The translations under genes were made by a program, and so were the position numbers. A stretch of 64,000 bases of DNA from Eledone cirrhosa. Taxonomy: Eukaryota. Of the stretch, positions 47,811 to 63,450 are shown piece after piece. Within the stretch, counting starts at the first letter, position 1. Every line of letters begins with the position of its first letter. The DNA lies in the NCBI GenBank assembly GCA_964016885.1, contig OZ024742.1, positions 8,990,001 through 9,054,000 of the forward strand, in the 5' to 3' direction. The notes beneath the pieces were generated by a model. That model ran no database searches. It was not told the DNA's origin and saw only the letters and a program-made list of their open reading frames with translations.

Positions 47811-50800
47811 TATAGAGACAGACAACACAGTATTGGCTAGAGTATAACATATATATAGTGACAGACAACACAGTATTGGCTACAGTATCACATATATATA
47901 GAGACAGACAACACAGTATTGGCTAGAGTATCACATATATATAGAGCCAGACAAGACAGTATTGGCTAAAGTATCACATATATATAGAGCCAGACAACAC
48001 AGTATTGGCTAGAGTATCACATATATATAGAGACAGACAACACAGTATTGGCTAGAGTATAACATATATATAGAGACAGACAACACAGTATTGGCTACAG
48101 TATCACATATATATAGAGACAGACAACAAAGTATTGGCTAGAGTATAACATATATATAGAGACAGACAACACAGTATTGGCTACAGTATCACATATATAT
48201 AGAGACAGACAACACAGTATTGGCTAGAGTATAACATATATATAGAGCCAGACAACACAGTATTGGCTAGAGTATCACATATATATAGAGACAGACAACA
48301 CAGTATTGGCTACAGTATCACATATATATAGAGACAGACAACACAGTATTGGCTACAGTATGACATATATATAGAGACAGACAACACAGTATTGGCTACA
48401 GTATCACATATATATAGAGACAGACAACACAGTATTGGCTACAGTATCACATATATATAGAGACAGACAACAGAGTATTGGCTACAGTATCACATATATA
48501 TAGAGACAGACAACACAGTATTGGCTACAGTATCTCATATATATTGAGACAGACAACACAGTATTGGCTACAGTATCACATATATATAGAGACAGACAAC
48601 ACAGTATTGGCTACAGTATCACATACATATAGAGACAGACAACACAGTATTGGCTAGAGTATCACATATATATAGAGACAGACAACACAGTATTGGCTAG
48701 AGTATCACATACATATAGAGAGAGACATCACAGTATTGGTTACAGTATCACATATATATTGAGACAGACAACACAGTATTGGCTAGAGTATCACATACAT
48801 ATAGAGACATACATCACAGTATTGGCTACAGTATCACATATATATAGAGACAGACAACACAGTATTGGCTACAGTATGACATATATATAGAGACAGACAA
48901 CACTGTATTGGCTACAGTATCACATATATATAGAGACAGACAACACAGTATTGGCTAGAGTATCACATATATATAGAGACAGACAACACAGTATTGGCTA
49001 CACTATCACATATATATAGAGAGTGACAACAGAGTATTGGCTACAGTATCACATATATATAGAGACAGACAACACAGTATTGGCTAGAGTATCACATATA
49101 TATAGAGACAGACAACACAGTATTTGCTACAGTATCTCATATATATATAGAGACAGACAACACAGTATTGGCTAGAGTATCACATATATATAGAGACAGA
49201 CAACACAGTATTGGCTACAGTATCTCCTATATATAGAGACAGACAACACAGTATTGGCTAGAGTATAACATATATATAGAGCCAGACAACACAGTATTGG
49301 CTAGATTATAACATATATATAGAGCCAGACAACACAGTATTGGCTAGAGTATAACATATATATAGAGACAGACAACACAGTATTGGCTAGAGTATAACAT
49401 ATATATAGAGCCAGACAACACAGTATTGGCTACAGTATCACATATATATAGAGACAGACAACACAGTATTGGCTACAGTATCACATATATATAGAGACAG
49501 ACAACACAGTATTGGCTACACTATCACATATATATAGAGACAGACAACACAGTATTGGCTACAGTATCTCATATATATAGAGACAGACAACACAGTATTG
49601 GCTACAGTATCACATATATATAGAGACAGACAACACAGTATTGGCTAGAGTATCACATATATATAGAGACAGACAACACAGTATTGGCTACAGTATCACA
49701 TATATATAGAGACAGACAACTCATTATTGGCTACAGTATCACATATATATAGAGACAGACAACACAGTATTGGCTACAGTGTCTCATATATATAGAGACA
49801 GACAACACAGTATTGGCTAGAGTATCACATATATATAGAGACAGACAACACAGTATTGGCTACAGTATCACATATATATAGAGACAGACAACACAGTATT
49901 GGCTACAGTATCACATATATATAGAGACAGACAACACACTATTGGCTACAGTATCACATATATATAGAGACAGACAACACAATATTGGCTACAGTATCAC
50001 ATATATATAGAGACAGACAACACAGTATTGGCTACAGTATCACATGTATATAGAGACAGACAACACAGTATTGGCTACATTATCACATATATATAGAGAC
50101 AGACAACACAGTATTGGCTACAGTATCACATATATATAGAGACAGACAACAGAGTATTGGTTACAGTATCACATATATATATAGACAGACAACACAGTAT
50201 TGGCTACAGTATCACATATATATAGAGACAGACAACACAGTATTGGCTACAGTATCACATATATATAGAGACAGACAACACAGTATTGGCTAAAGTATAG
50301 CATATATATAGAGCCAGACAACACAGTATTGGCTACAGTATCACATATATATAGAGACAGACAACACAGTATTGGCTAGAGTATAACATATATATAGAGA
50401 CAGACAACACAGTATTAGATAGAGTATAACATATATATAGAGACAGACAACACAGTATTGGCTAGATTATAACATATATATAGCGACAGACATCACAGTA
50501 TTGGCTACAGTATCACATATATATAGAGACAGACAACACAGTATTGGCTACAGTATCACATATATATAGAGACAGACAACAGTGTATTGGCTAGAGTATA
50601 ACATATATATAGAGACAGACAACACAGTATTGGCTACAGTATCTCATATATATTGAGACAGACAACACAGTATTGGCTACAGTATCACATATATATAGAG
50701 ACAGACAACACAGTATTGGCTACAGTATCACATACATATAGAGACAGACAACACAGTATTGGCTAGAGTATCACATATATATAGAGACAGACAACACAGT

Positions 50801-51779
50801 ATTGGCTAGAGTATCACATACATATAGAGAGAGACATCACAGTATTGGTTACAGTATCACATATATATTGAGACAGACAACACAGTATTGGCTAGAGTAT
50901 CACATACATATAGAGACATACATCACAGTATTGGCTACAGTATCACATATATATAGAGACAGACAACACAGTATTGGCTACAGTATGACATATATATAGA
51001 GACAGACAACACAGTATTGGCTACAGTATCACATATATATAGAGACAGACAACACAGTATTGGCTAGAGTATCACATATATATAGAGACAGACAACACAG
51101 TATTGGCTACACTATCACATATATATAGAGAGTGACAACACAGTATTGGCTAGAGTATCAAATATATATAGAGACAGACAACACAGTATTGGCTACAGTA
51201 TCTCCTATATATAGAGACAGACAACACAGTATTGGCTAGAGTATAACATATATATAGAGCCAGACAACACAGTATTGGCTAGATTATAACATATATATAG
51301 AGCCAGACAACACAGTATTGGCTAGAGTATAACATATATATAGAGACAGACAACACAGTATTGGCTAGAGTATAACATATATATAGAGCCAGACAACACA
51401 GTATTGGCTACAGTATCACATATATATAGAGACAGACAACACAGTATTGGCTACAGTATCACATATATATAGAGACAGACAACACAGTATTGGCTACAGT
51501 ATAACATATATATAGAGACAGACAACACAGTATTGGCTACAGTATCTCATATATATAGAGACAGACAACACAGTATTGACTACAGTATCACATATATATA
51601 GAGACAGACAACACAGTATTGGCTAGAGTATCACATATATATAGAGACAGACAACACAGTATTGGCTACAGTATCACATATATATAGAGACAGACAACTC
51701 AGTATTGGCTACAGTATCACATATATATAGAGACAGACAACACAGTATTGGCTACAGTATCACATATATATAGAGACAG

Positions 51780-54700
51780 ACAACACAGTATTGGCTACAG
51801 TATCACATACATATAGAGACAGACAACACAGTATTGGCTAGAGTATCACATATATATAGAGACAGACAACACAGTATTGGCTAGAGTATCACATACATAT
51901 AGAGAGAGACATCACAGTATTGGTTACAGTATCACATATATATTGAGACAGACAACACAGTATTGGCTAGAGTCTCACATACATATAGAGACATACATCA
52001 CAGTATTGGCTACAGTATCACATATATATAGAGACAGACAACACAGTATTGGCTACAGTATGACATATATATAGAGACAGACAACACAGTATTGGCTACA
52101 GTATCACATATATATAGAGACAGACAACACAGTATTGGCTAGAGTATCACATATATATAGAGACAGACAACACAGTATTGGCTACACTATCACATATATA
52201 TAGAGAGTGACAACACAGTATTGGCTAGAGTATCACATATATATAGAGACAGACAACACAGTATTGGCTACAGTATCTCCTATATATAGAGACAGACAAC
52301 ACAGTATTGGCTAGAGTATAACATATATATAGAGCCAGACAACACAGTATTGGCTAGATTATAACATATATATAGAGCCAGACAACACAGTATTGGCTAG
52401 AGTATAACATATATATAGAGACAGACAACACAGTATTGGCTAGAGTATAACATATATATAGAGCCAGACAACACAGTATTGGCTACAGTATCACATATAT
52501 ATAGAGACAGACAACACAGTATTGGCTACAGTATCACATATATATAGAGACAGACAACACAGTATTGGCTACAGTATAACATATATATAGAGACAGACAA
52601 CACAGTATTGGCTACAGTATCTCATATATATAGAGACAGACAACACAGTATTGGCTACAGTATCACATATATATAGAGACAGACAACACAGTATTGGCTA
52701 GAGTATCACATATATATAGAGACAGACAACACAGTATTGGCTACAGTATCACATATATATAGAGACAGACAACTCAGTATTGGCTACAGTATCACATATA
52801 TATAGAGACAGACAACACAGTATTGGCTACAGTATCTCATATATATAGAGACAGACAACACAGTATTGGCTAGAGTATCACATATATATAGAGACAGACA
52901 ACACAGTATTGGCTACAGTATCACATATATATAGAGACAGACAACACAGTATTGGCTACAGTATCACATATATATAGAGACAGACAACACAGTATTGGCT
53001 ACAGTATCACATATATATAGAGACAGACGACACAATATTGGCTACAGTATCACATATATATAGAGACAGACAACACAGTATAGGCTACAGTATCACATGT
53101 ATATAGAGACAGACAATACAGTATTGGCTACATTATCACATATATATAGAGACAGACAACACAGTATTGGCTACAGTATCACATATATATAGAGACAGAC
53201 AACACAGTATTGGCTACAGTATCACATATATATAGAGACAGACAACACAGTATTGGCTACAGTATCACATATATATAGAGACAGACAACACAGTATTGGC
53301 TACAGTCTCACATATATATAGAGACAGACAACACAGTATTGGCTACAGTATCTCATATATATTGAGACAGACAACACAGTATTGGCTACAGTATCACATA
53401 TATATAGAGGCAGACAACACAGTATTGGCTACAGTATCACATACATATAGAGACAGACAACACAGTATTGGCTAGAGTATCACATATATATAGAGACAGA
53501 CAACACAGTATTGGCTAGAGTATCACATACATATAGAGCGAGACATCACAGTATTGGTTACAGTATCACATATATATTGAGACAGACAACACAGTATTGG
53601 CTAGAGTATCACATACATATAGAGACAGACATCACAGTATTGGCTACAGTATCACATATATATAGAGACAGACAACACAGTATTGGCTACAGTATCACAT
53701 ATATATAGAGACAGACAACACAGTATTGGCTACAGTATCACATATATATAGAGACAGACAACACAGTATTGGCTACAGTATCACATATATATAGAGACAG
53801 ACAACACAGTATTGGCTACAGTATCACATATATATAGAGACAGACAACACAGTATTGGCTATAGTATCACATATATATAGAGACAGACAACACAGTATTG
53901 GCTACAGTATCACATATATATAGAGACAGACAACAGAGTATTGGCTACAGTATCACATATATATAGAGACAGACAACACAGTATTGGCTACAGTATCACA
54001 TACATATAGAGACAGACAACACAGTATTGGCTAGAGTATCACATATATATAGAGACAGACAACACAGTATTGGCTAGAGTATCACATACATATAGAGAGA
54101 GACATCACAGTATTGGTTACAGTATCACATATATATTGAGACAGACAACACAGTATTGGCTAGAGTCTCACATACATATAGAGACATACATCACAGTATT
54201 GGCTACAGTATCACATATATATAGAGACAGACAACACAGTATTGGCTACAGTATGACATATATATAGAGACAGACAACACAGTATTGGCTACAGTATCAC
54301 ATATATATAGAGACAGACAACACAGTATTGGCTAGAGTATCACATATATATAGAGACAGACAACACAGTATTGGCTACACTATCACATATATATAGAGAG
54401 TGACAACACAGTATTGGCTAGAGTATCACATATATATAGAGACAGACAACACAGTATTGGCTACAGTATCTCCTATATATAGAGACAGACAACACAGTAT
54501 TGGCTAGAGTATAACATATATATAGAGCCAGACAACACAGTATTGGCTAGATTATAACATATATATAGAGCCAGACAACACAGTATTGGCTAGAGTATAA
54601 CATATATATAGAGACAGACAACACAGTATTGGCTAGAGTATAACATATATAGAGCCAGACAACACAGTATTGGCTACAGTATCACATATATATAGAGACA

Positions 54701-56170
54701 GACAACACAGTATTGGCTACAGTATCACATATATATAGAGACAGACAACACAGTATTGGCTACAGTATAACATATATATAGAGACAGACAACACAGTATT
54801 GGCTACAGTATCTCATATATATAGAGACAGACAACACAGTATTGGCTACAGTATCACATATATATAGAGACAGACAACACAGTATTGGCTAGAGTATCAC
54901 ATATATATAGAGACAGACAACACAGTATTGGCTACAGTATCACATATATATAGAGACAGACAACTCAGTATTGGCTACAGTATCACATATATATAGAGAC
55001 AGACAACACAGTATTGGCTACAGTATCTCATATATATAGAGACAGACAACACAGTATTGGCTAGAGTATCACATATATATAGAGACAGACAACACAGTAT
55101 TGGCTACAGTATCACATATATATAGAGACAGACAACACAGTATTGGCTACAGTATCACATATATATAGAGACAGACAACACAGTATTGGCTACAGTATCA
55201 CATATATATAGAGACAGACGACACAATATTGGCTACAGTATCACATATATATAGAGACAGACAACACAGTATAGGCTACAGTATCACATGTATATAGAGA
55301 CAGACAATACAGTATTGGCTACATTATCACATATATATAGAGACAGACAACACAGTATTGGCTACAGTATCACATATATATAGAGACAGACAACACAGTA
55401 TTGGCTACAGTATCACATATATATAGAGACAGACAACACAGTATTGGCTACAGTATCACATATATATAGAGACAGACAACACAGTATTGGCTACAGTCTC
55501 ACATATATATAGAGACAGACAACACAGTATTGGCTACAGTATCTCATATATATTGAGACAGACAACACAGTATTGGCTACAGTATCACATATATATAGAG
55601 GCAGACAACACAGTATTGGCTACAGTATCACATACATATAGAGACAGACAACACAGTATTGGCTAGAGTATCACATATATATAGAGACAGACAACACAGT
55701 ATTGGCTAGAGTATCACATACATATAGAGCGAGACATCACAGTATTGGTTACAGTATCACATATATATTGAGACAGACAACACAGTATTGGCTAGAGTAT
55801 CACATACATATAGAGACAGACATCACAGTATTGGCTACAGTATCACATATATATAGAGACAGACAACACAGTATTGGCTACAGTATCACATATATATAGA
55901 GACAGACAACACAGTATTGGCTACAGTATCACATATATATAGAGACAGACAACACAGTATTGGCTACAGTATCACATATATATAGAGACAGACAACACAG
56001 TATTGGCTACAGTATCACATATATATAGAGACAGACAACACAGTATTGGCTATAGTATCACATATATATAGAGACAGACAACACAGTATTGGCTACAGTA
56101 TCACATATATATAGAGACAGACAACAGAGTATTGGCTACAGTATCACATATATATAGAGACAGACAACAC
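51780..56170. repeat. 51-monomer (2193/2191 bp) near-perfect tandem duplication
   Basis: ORFs 51877/54070 are offset 2193 (51x43). ORFs 53511/55702 are offset 2191, explained by one 41-bp monomer at about 54640. Private variants GAGTCTCAC, GACGACACAAT, TAGGCT and CAATAC occur in both copies. Confidence 0.93.
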
Positions 56171-59100
56171 AGTATTGGCTACAGTATCACATATATATAG
56201 AGACAGACAACACACTATTGGCTACTGTATCACATATATATAGAGACAGACAACACAGTATTGGCTACATTATCACATATATATAGAGACAGACAACACA
56301 GTATTGGCTACAGTATCACATATATATAGAGACAGACAACACAGTATTGGCTACACTATCACATATATATAGAGACAGACAACAGAGTATTGGCTACAGT
56401 ATCACATATATATAGAGACAGACAACACAGTATTGGCTACACTATCACATATATATAGAGACAGACAACAGAGTATTGGCTACAGTATCACATATATATA
56501 GAGACAGACAACACAGTATTGGCTAGAGTATCACATATATATAGAGACAGACAACACAGTATTTGCTACAGTATCTCATATATATATAGAGACAGACAAC
56601 ACAGTATTGGCTACAGTATCTCCTATATATAGAGACAGACAACACAGTATTGGCTAGAGTATAACATATATATAGAGCCAGACAACACAGTATTGGCTAG
56701 AGTATAACATATATATAGAGCCAGACAACACAGTATTGGCTAGAGTATAACATATATATAGAGACAGACAACACAGTATTGGCTAGAGTATAACATATAT
56801 ATAGAGCCAGACAACACAGTATTGGCTACAGTATCACATATATATAGAGACAGACAACACAGTATTGGCTACAGTATCACATATATATGGAGACAGACAA
56901 CACACTATTGGCTACAGTATCACATATATATAGAGACAGACAACACAGTATTGGCTACAGTATCACATATATATAGAGACAGACAACACAGTATTGGCTA
57001 CAGTATCACAAGTATATAGAGACAGACAACACAGTATTGGCTACATTATCACATATATATAGAGACAGACAACACAGTATTGGCTACAGTATCACATATA
57101 TAGAGAGACAGACAACAGAGTATTGGTTACAGTATCACATATATATAGAGACAGACAACACAGTATTGGCTACAGTATCACATATATATAGAGACAGACA
57201 ACACAGTATTGGCTACAGTATCACATATATATAGAGACAGACAACACAGTATTGGCTACAGTATCACATATATATAGAGACAGACAACAGAGTATTGGCT
57301 AGAGTATCACATATATATAGAGACAGACAACACAGTATTGGCTACAGTATCTCATATATATTGAGACAGACAACACAGTATTGGCTACAGTATCACATAT
57401 ATATAGAGACAGACAACACAGTATTGGCTACAGTATCACATACATATAGAGACAGACAACACAGTATTGGCTAGAGTATCACATATATATAGAGACAGAC
57501 AACACAGTATTGGCTAGAGTATCACATACATATAGAGAGAGACATCACAGTATTGGTTACAGTATCACATATATATTGAGACAGACAACACAGTATTGGC
57601 TAGAGTATCACATACATATAGAGACATACATCACAGTATTGGCTACAGTATCACATATATATAGAGACAGACAACACAGTATTGGCTACAGTATGACATA
57701 TATATAGAGACAGACAACACAGTATTGGCTACAGTATCACATATATATAGAGACAGACAACACAGTATTGGCTAGAGTATCACATATATATAGAGACAGA
57801 CAACACAGTATTGGCTACACTATCACATATATATAGAGAGTGACAACACAGTATTGGCTAGAGTATCAAATATATATAGAGACAGACAACACAGTATTGG
57901 CTACAGTATCTCCTATATATAGAGACAGACAACACAGTATTGGCTAGAGTATAACATATATATAGAGCCAGACAACACAGTATTGGCTAGATTATAACAT
58001 ATATATAGAGCCAGACAACACAGTATTGGCTAGAGTATAACATATATATAGAGACAGACAACACAGTATTGGCTAGAGTATAACATATATATAGAGCCAG
58101 ACAACACAGTATTGGCTACAGTATCACATATATATAGAGACAGACAACACAGTATTGGCTACAGTATCACATATATATAGAGACAGACAACACAGTATTG
58201 GCTACAGTATAACATATATATAGAGACAGACAACACAGTATTGGCTACAGTATCTCATATATATAGAGACAGACAACACAGTATTGACTACAGTATCACA
58301 TATATATAGAGACAGACAACACAGTATTGGCTAGAGTATCACATATATATAGAGACAGACAACACAGTATTGGCTACAGTATCACATATATATAGAGACA
58401 GACAACTCAGTATTGGCTACAGTATCACATATATATAGAGACAGACAACACAGTATTGGCTACAGTATCTCATATATATAGAGACAGACAACACAGTATT
58501 GGCTAGAGTATCACATATATATAGAGACAGACAACACAGTATTGGCTACAGTATCACATATATATAGAGACAGACAACACAGTATTGGCTACAGTATCAC
58601 ATATATATAGAGACAGACAACACACTATTGGCTACAGTATCACATATATATAGAGACAGACAACACAATATTGGCTACAGTATCACATATATATAGAGAC
58701 AGACAACACAGTATTGGCTACAGTATCACATGTATATAGAGACAGACAACACAGTATTGGCTACAGTATCACATATATATAGAGACAGACAACACAGTAT
58801 TGGCTACAGTATCACATACATATAGAGACAGACAACACAGTATTGGCTAGAGTATCACATATATATAGAGACAGACAACACAGCATTGGCTAGAGTATCA
58901 CATACATATAGAGAGAGACATCACAGTATTGGTTACAGTATCACATATATATTGAGACAGACAACACAGTATTGGCTAGAGTATCACATACATATAGAGA
59001 CATACATCACAGTATTGGCTACAGTATGACATATATATAGAGACAGACAACACAGTATTGGCTACAGTATGACATATATATAGAGACAGACAACACAGTA

Positions 59101-60299
59101 TTGGCTACAGTATCACATATATATAGAGACAGACAACACAGTATTGGCTAGAGTATCACATATATATAGAGACAGACAACACAGTATTGGCTACACTATC
59201 ACATATATATAGAGAGTGACAACACAGTATTGGCTAGAGTATCACATATATATAGAGACAGACAACACAGTATTGGCTACAGTATCTCCTATATATAGAG
59301 ACAGACAACACAGTATTGGCTAGAGTATAACATATATATAGAGCCAGACAACACAGTATTGGCTAGATTATAACATATATATAGAGCCAGACAACACAGT
59401 ATTGGCTAGAGTATAACATATATATAGAGACAGACAACACAGTATTGGCTAGAGTATAACATATATATAGAGCCAGACAACACAGTATTGGCTACAGTAT
59501 CACATATATATAGAGACAGACAACACAGTATTGGCTACAGTATCACATATATATAGAGACAGACAACACAGTATTGGCTACAGTATAACATATATATAGA
59601 GACAGACAACACAGTATTGGCTACAGTATCTCATATATATAGAGACAGACAACACAGTATTGGCTACAGTATCACATATATATAGAGACAGACAACACAG
59701 TATTGGCTAGAGTATCACATATATATAGAGACAGACAACACAGTATTGGCTACAGTATCACATATATATAGAGACAGACAACTCAGTATTGGCTACAGTA
59801 TCACATATATATAGAGACAGACAACACAGTATTGGCTACAGTATCACATATATATAGAGACAGACAACACAGTATTGGCTACAGTATCACATATATATAG
59901 AGACAGACAACACAGTATTGGCTACAGTATCACATATATATAGAGACAGACAACACAATATTGGCTACAGTATCACATATATATAGAGACAGACAACACA
60001 GTATTGGCTACAGTATCACATGTATATAGAGACAGACAACACAGTATTGGCTACATTATCACATATATATAGAGACAGACAACACAGTATTGGCTACAGT
60101 ATCACATATATATAGAGACAGACAACAGAGTATTGGTTACAGTATCACATATATATAGAGACAGACAACACAGTATTGGCTACAGTATCACATATATATA
60201 GAGACAGACAACACAGTATTGGCTACAGTATCACATATATATAGAGACAGACAACACAGTATTGGCTACAGTATCACATATATATAGAGACAGACAACA

Positions 60300-63200
60300 C
60301 AGTATTGGCTACAGTCTCACATATATATAGAGACAGACAACACAGTATTGGCTACATTATCTCATATATATTGAGACAGACAACACAGTATTGGCTACAG
60401 TATCACATATATATAGAGGCAGACAACACAGTATTGGCTACAGTATCACATACATATAGAGACAGACAACACAGTATTGGCTAGAGTATCACATATATAT
60501 AGAGACAGACAACACAGTATTGGCTAGAGTATCACATACATATAGAGCGAGACATCACAGTATTGGTTACAGTATCACATATATATTGAGACAGACAACA
60601 CAGTATTGGCTAGAGTATCACATACATATAGAGACAGACATCACAGTATTGGCTACAGTATCACATATATATAGAGACAGACAACACAGTATTGGCTACA
60701 GTATCACATATATATAGAGACAGACAACACAGTATTGGCTACAGTATCACATATATATAGAGACAGACAACACAGTATTGGCTACAGTATCACATATATA
60801 TAGAGACAGACAACACAGTATTGGCTATAGTATCACATATATATAGAGACAGACAACACAGTATTGGCTACAGTATCACATATATATAGAGACAGACAAC
60901 AGAGTATTGGCTACAGTATCACATATATATAGAGACAGACAACACAGTATTGGCTACAGTATCACATATATATAGAGACAGACAACACACTATTGGCTAC
61001 TGTATCACATATATATAGAGACAGACAACACAGTATTGGCTACAGTATCACATATATATAGAGACAGACAACACAGTATTGGCTACAGTATCACATATAT
61101 ATAGAGACAGACAACACAGTATTGGCTACACTATCACATATATATAGAGACAGACAACAGAGTATTGGCTACAGTATCACATATATATAGAGACAGACAA
61201 CACAGTATTGGCTACACTATCACATATATATAGAGACAGACAACAGAGTATTGGCTACAGTATCACATATATATAGAGACAGACAACACAGTATTGGCTA
61301 GAGTATCACATATATATAGAGACAGACAACACAGTATTTGCTACAGTATCTCATATATATATAGAGATAGACAACACAGTATTGGCTACAGTATCTCCTA
61401 TATATAGAGACAGACAACACAGTATTGGCTAGAGTATAACATATATATAGAGCCAGACAACACAGTATTGGCTAGAGTATAACATATATATAGAGCCAGA
61501 CAACACAGTATTGGCTAGAGTATAACATATATATAGAGACAGACAACACAGTATTGGCTAGAGTATAACATATATATAGAGCCAGACAACACAGTATTGG
61601 CTACAGTATCACATATATATAGAGACAGACAACACAGTATTGGCTACAGTATCACATATATATAGAGACAGACAACACAGTATTGGCTACAGTATAACAT
61701 ATATATAGAGACAGACAACACAGTATTGGCTACAGTATCTCATATATATAGAGACAGACAACACAGTATTGGCTAGAGTATCACATATATATAGAGACAG
61801 ACAACACAGTATTGGCTACAGTATCACATATATATAGAGACAGACAACACAGTATTGGCTACAGTATCACATATATATGGAGACAGACAACACACTATTG
61901 GCTACAGTATCACATATATATAGAGACAGACAACACAGTATTGGCTACAGTATCACATATATATAGAGACAGACAACACAGTATTGGCTACAATATCACA
62001 AGTATATAGAGACAGACAACACAGTATTGGCTACATTATCACATATATATAGAGACAGACAACACAGTATTGGCTACAGTATCACATATATAGAGAGACA
62101 GACAACAGAGTATTGGTTACAGTATCACATATATATAGAGACAGACAACACAGTATTGGCTACAGTATCACATATATATAGAGACAGACAACACAGTATT
62201 GGCTACAGTATCACATATATATAGAGACAGACAACACAGTATTGGCTACAGTATCACATATATATAGAGACAGACAACACAGTATTGGCTACAGTCTGAC
62301 ATATATATAGAGACAGACAACACAGTATTGGCTACAGTATCTCATATATATTGAGACAGACAACACAGTGTTGGCTACAGTATCACATATATATAGAGAC
62401 AGACAACATAGTATTGGCTACAGTATCACATACATATAGAGACAGACAACACAGTATTGGCTACAGTATCACATATATATATAGAGACAGACAACACAGT
62501 ATTGGCTACAGTATCTCATATATATTGAGACAGACAACACAGTATTGGCTACAGTATCACATATATATAGAGACAGAGGACACAGTATTGGCTAGAGTAT
62601 CACATATATATAGAGACAGACAACACAGTATTGGCTACAGTATCACATATATATAGAGACAGACAACTCAGTATTGGCTACAGTATCACTTATATATAGA
62701 GACAGACAACACAGTATTGGCTACAGTATCTCATATATATAGAGACAGACAACACAGTATTGGCTAGAGTATCACATATATATAGAGACAGACAACACAG
62801 TATTGGCTACAGTATCACATATATATAGAGACAGACAACACAGTATTGGCTAGAGTATCACATATATATGGAGACAGACAACACACTATTGGCTACAGTA
62901 TCACATATATATAGAGACAGACAACACAGTATTGGCTACAGTATCACATATATATAGAGACAGACAACGCAGTATTGGCTACAGTATCACAAGTATATAG
63001 AGACAGACAACACAGTATTGGCTACATTATCACATATATATAGAGACAGACAACACAGTATTGGCTACAGTATCACATATATAGAGAGACAGACAACAGA
63101 GTATTGGTTACAGTATCACATATATATAGAGACAGACAACACACTATTGGCTACAGTATCACATATATATAGAGACAGACAACACAGTATTGGCTACAGT

Positions 63201-63450
63201 ATCACATATATATAGAGACAGACAACACAGTATTGGCTACAGTATCACATATATATAGAGACAGACAACACAGTATTGGCTACAGTCTGACATATATATA
63301 GAGACAGACAACACAGCATTGGCTACAGTATCTCATATATATTGAGACGGACAACACAGTATTGGCTACAGTATCACATATATATAGAGACAGACAACAT
63401 AGTATTGGCTACAGTATCACATACATATAGAGACAGACAACACAGTATTG
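60300..63450. repeat. Copy of about 55.5-57.3 kb (offsets 4818 and 4990 bp) followed by a 23-monomer (991 bp) duplication
   Basis: ORFs 55702/60520 are offset 4818. ORFs 56822/61812 and 57037/62027 are offset 4990. ORFs 62027/63018 are offset 991. The ATATGGAG marker occurs at about 56889, 61879 and 62870. Confidence 0.85.
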
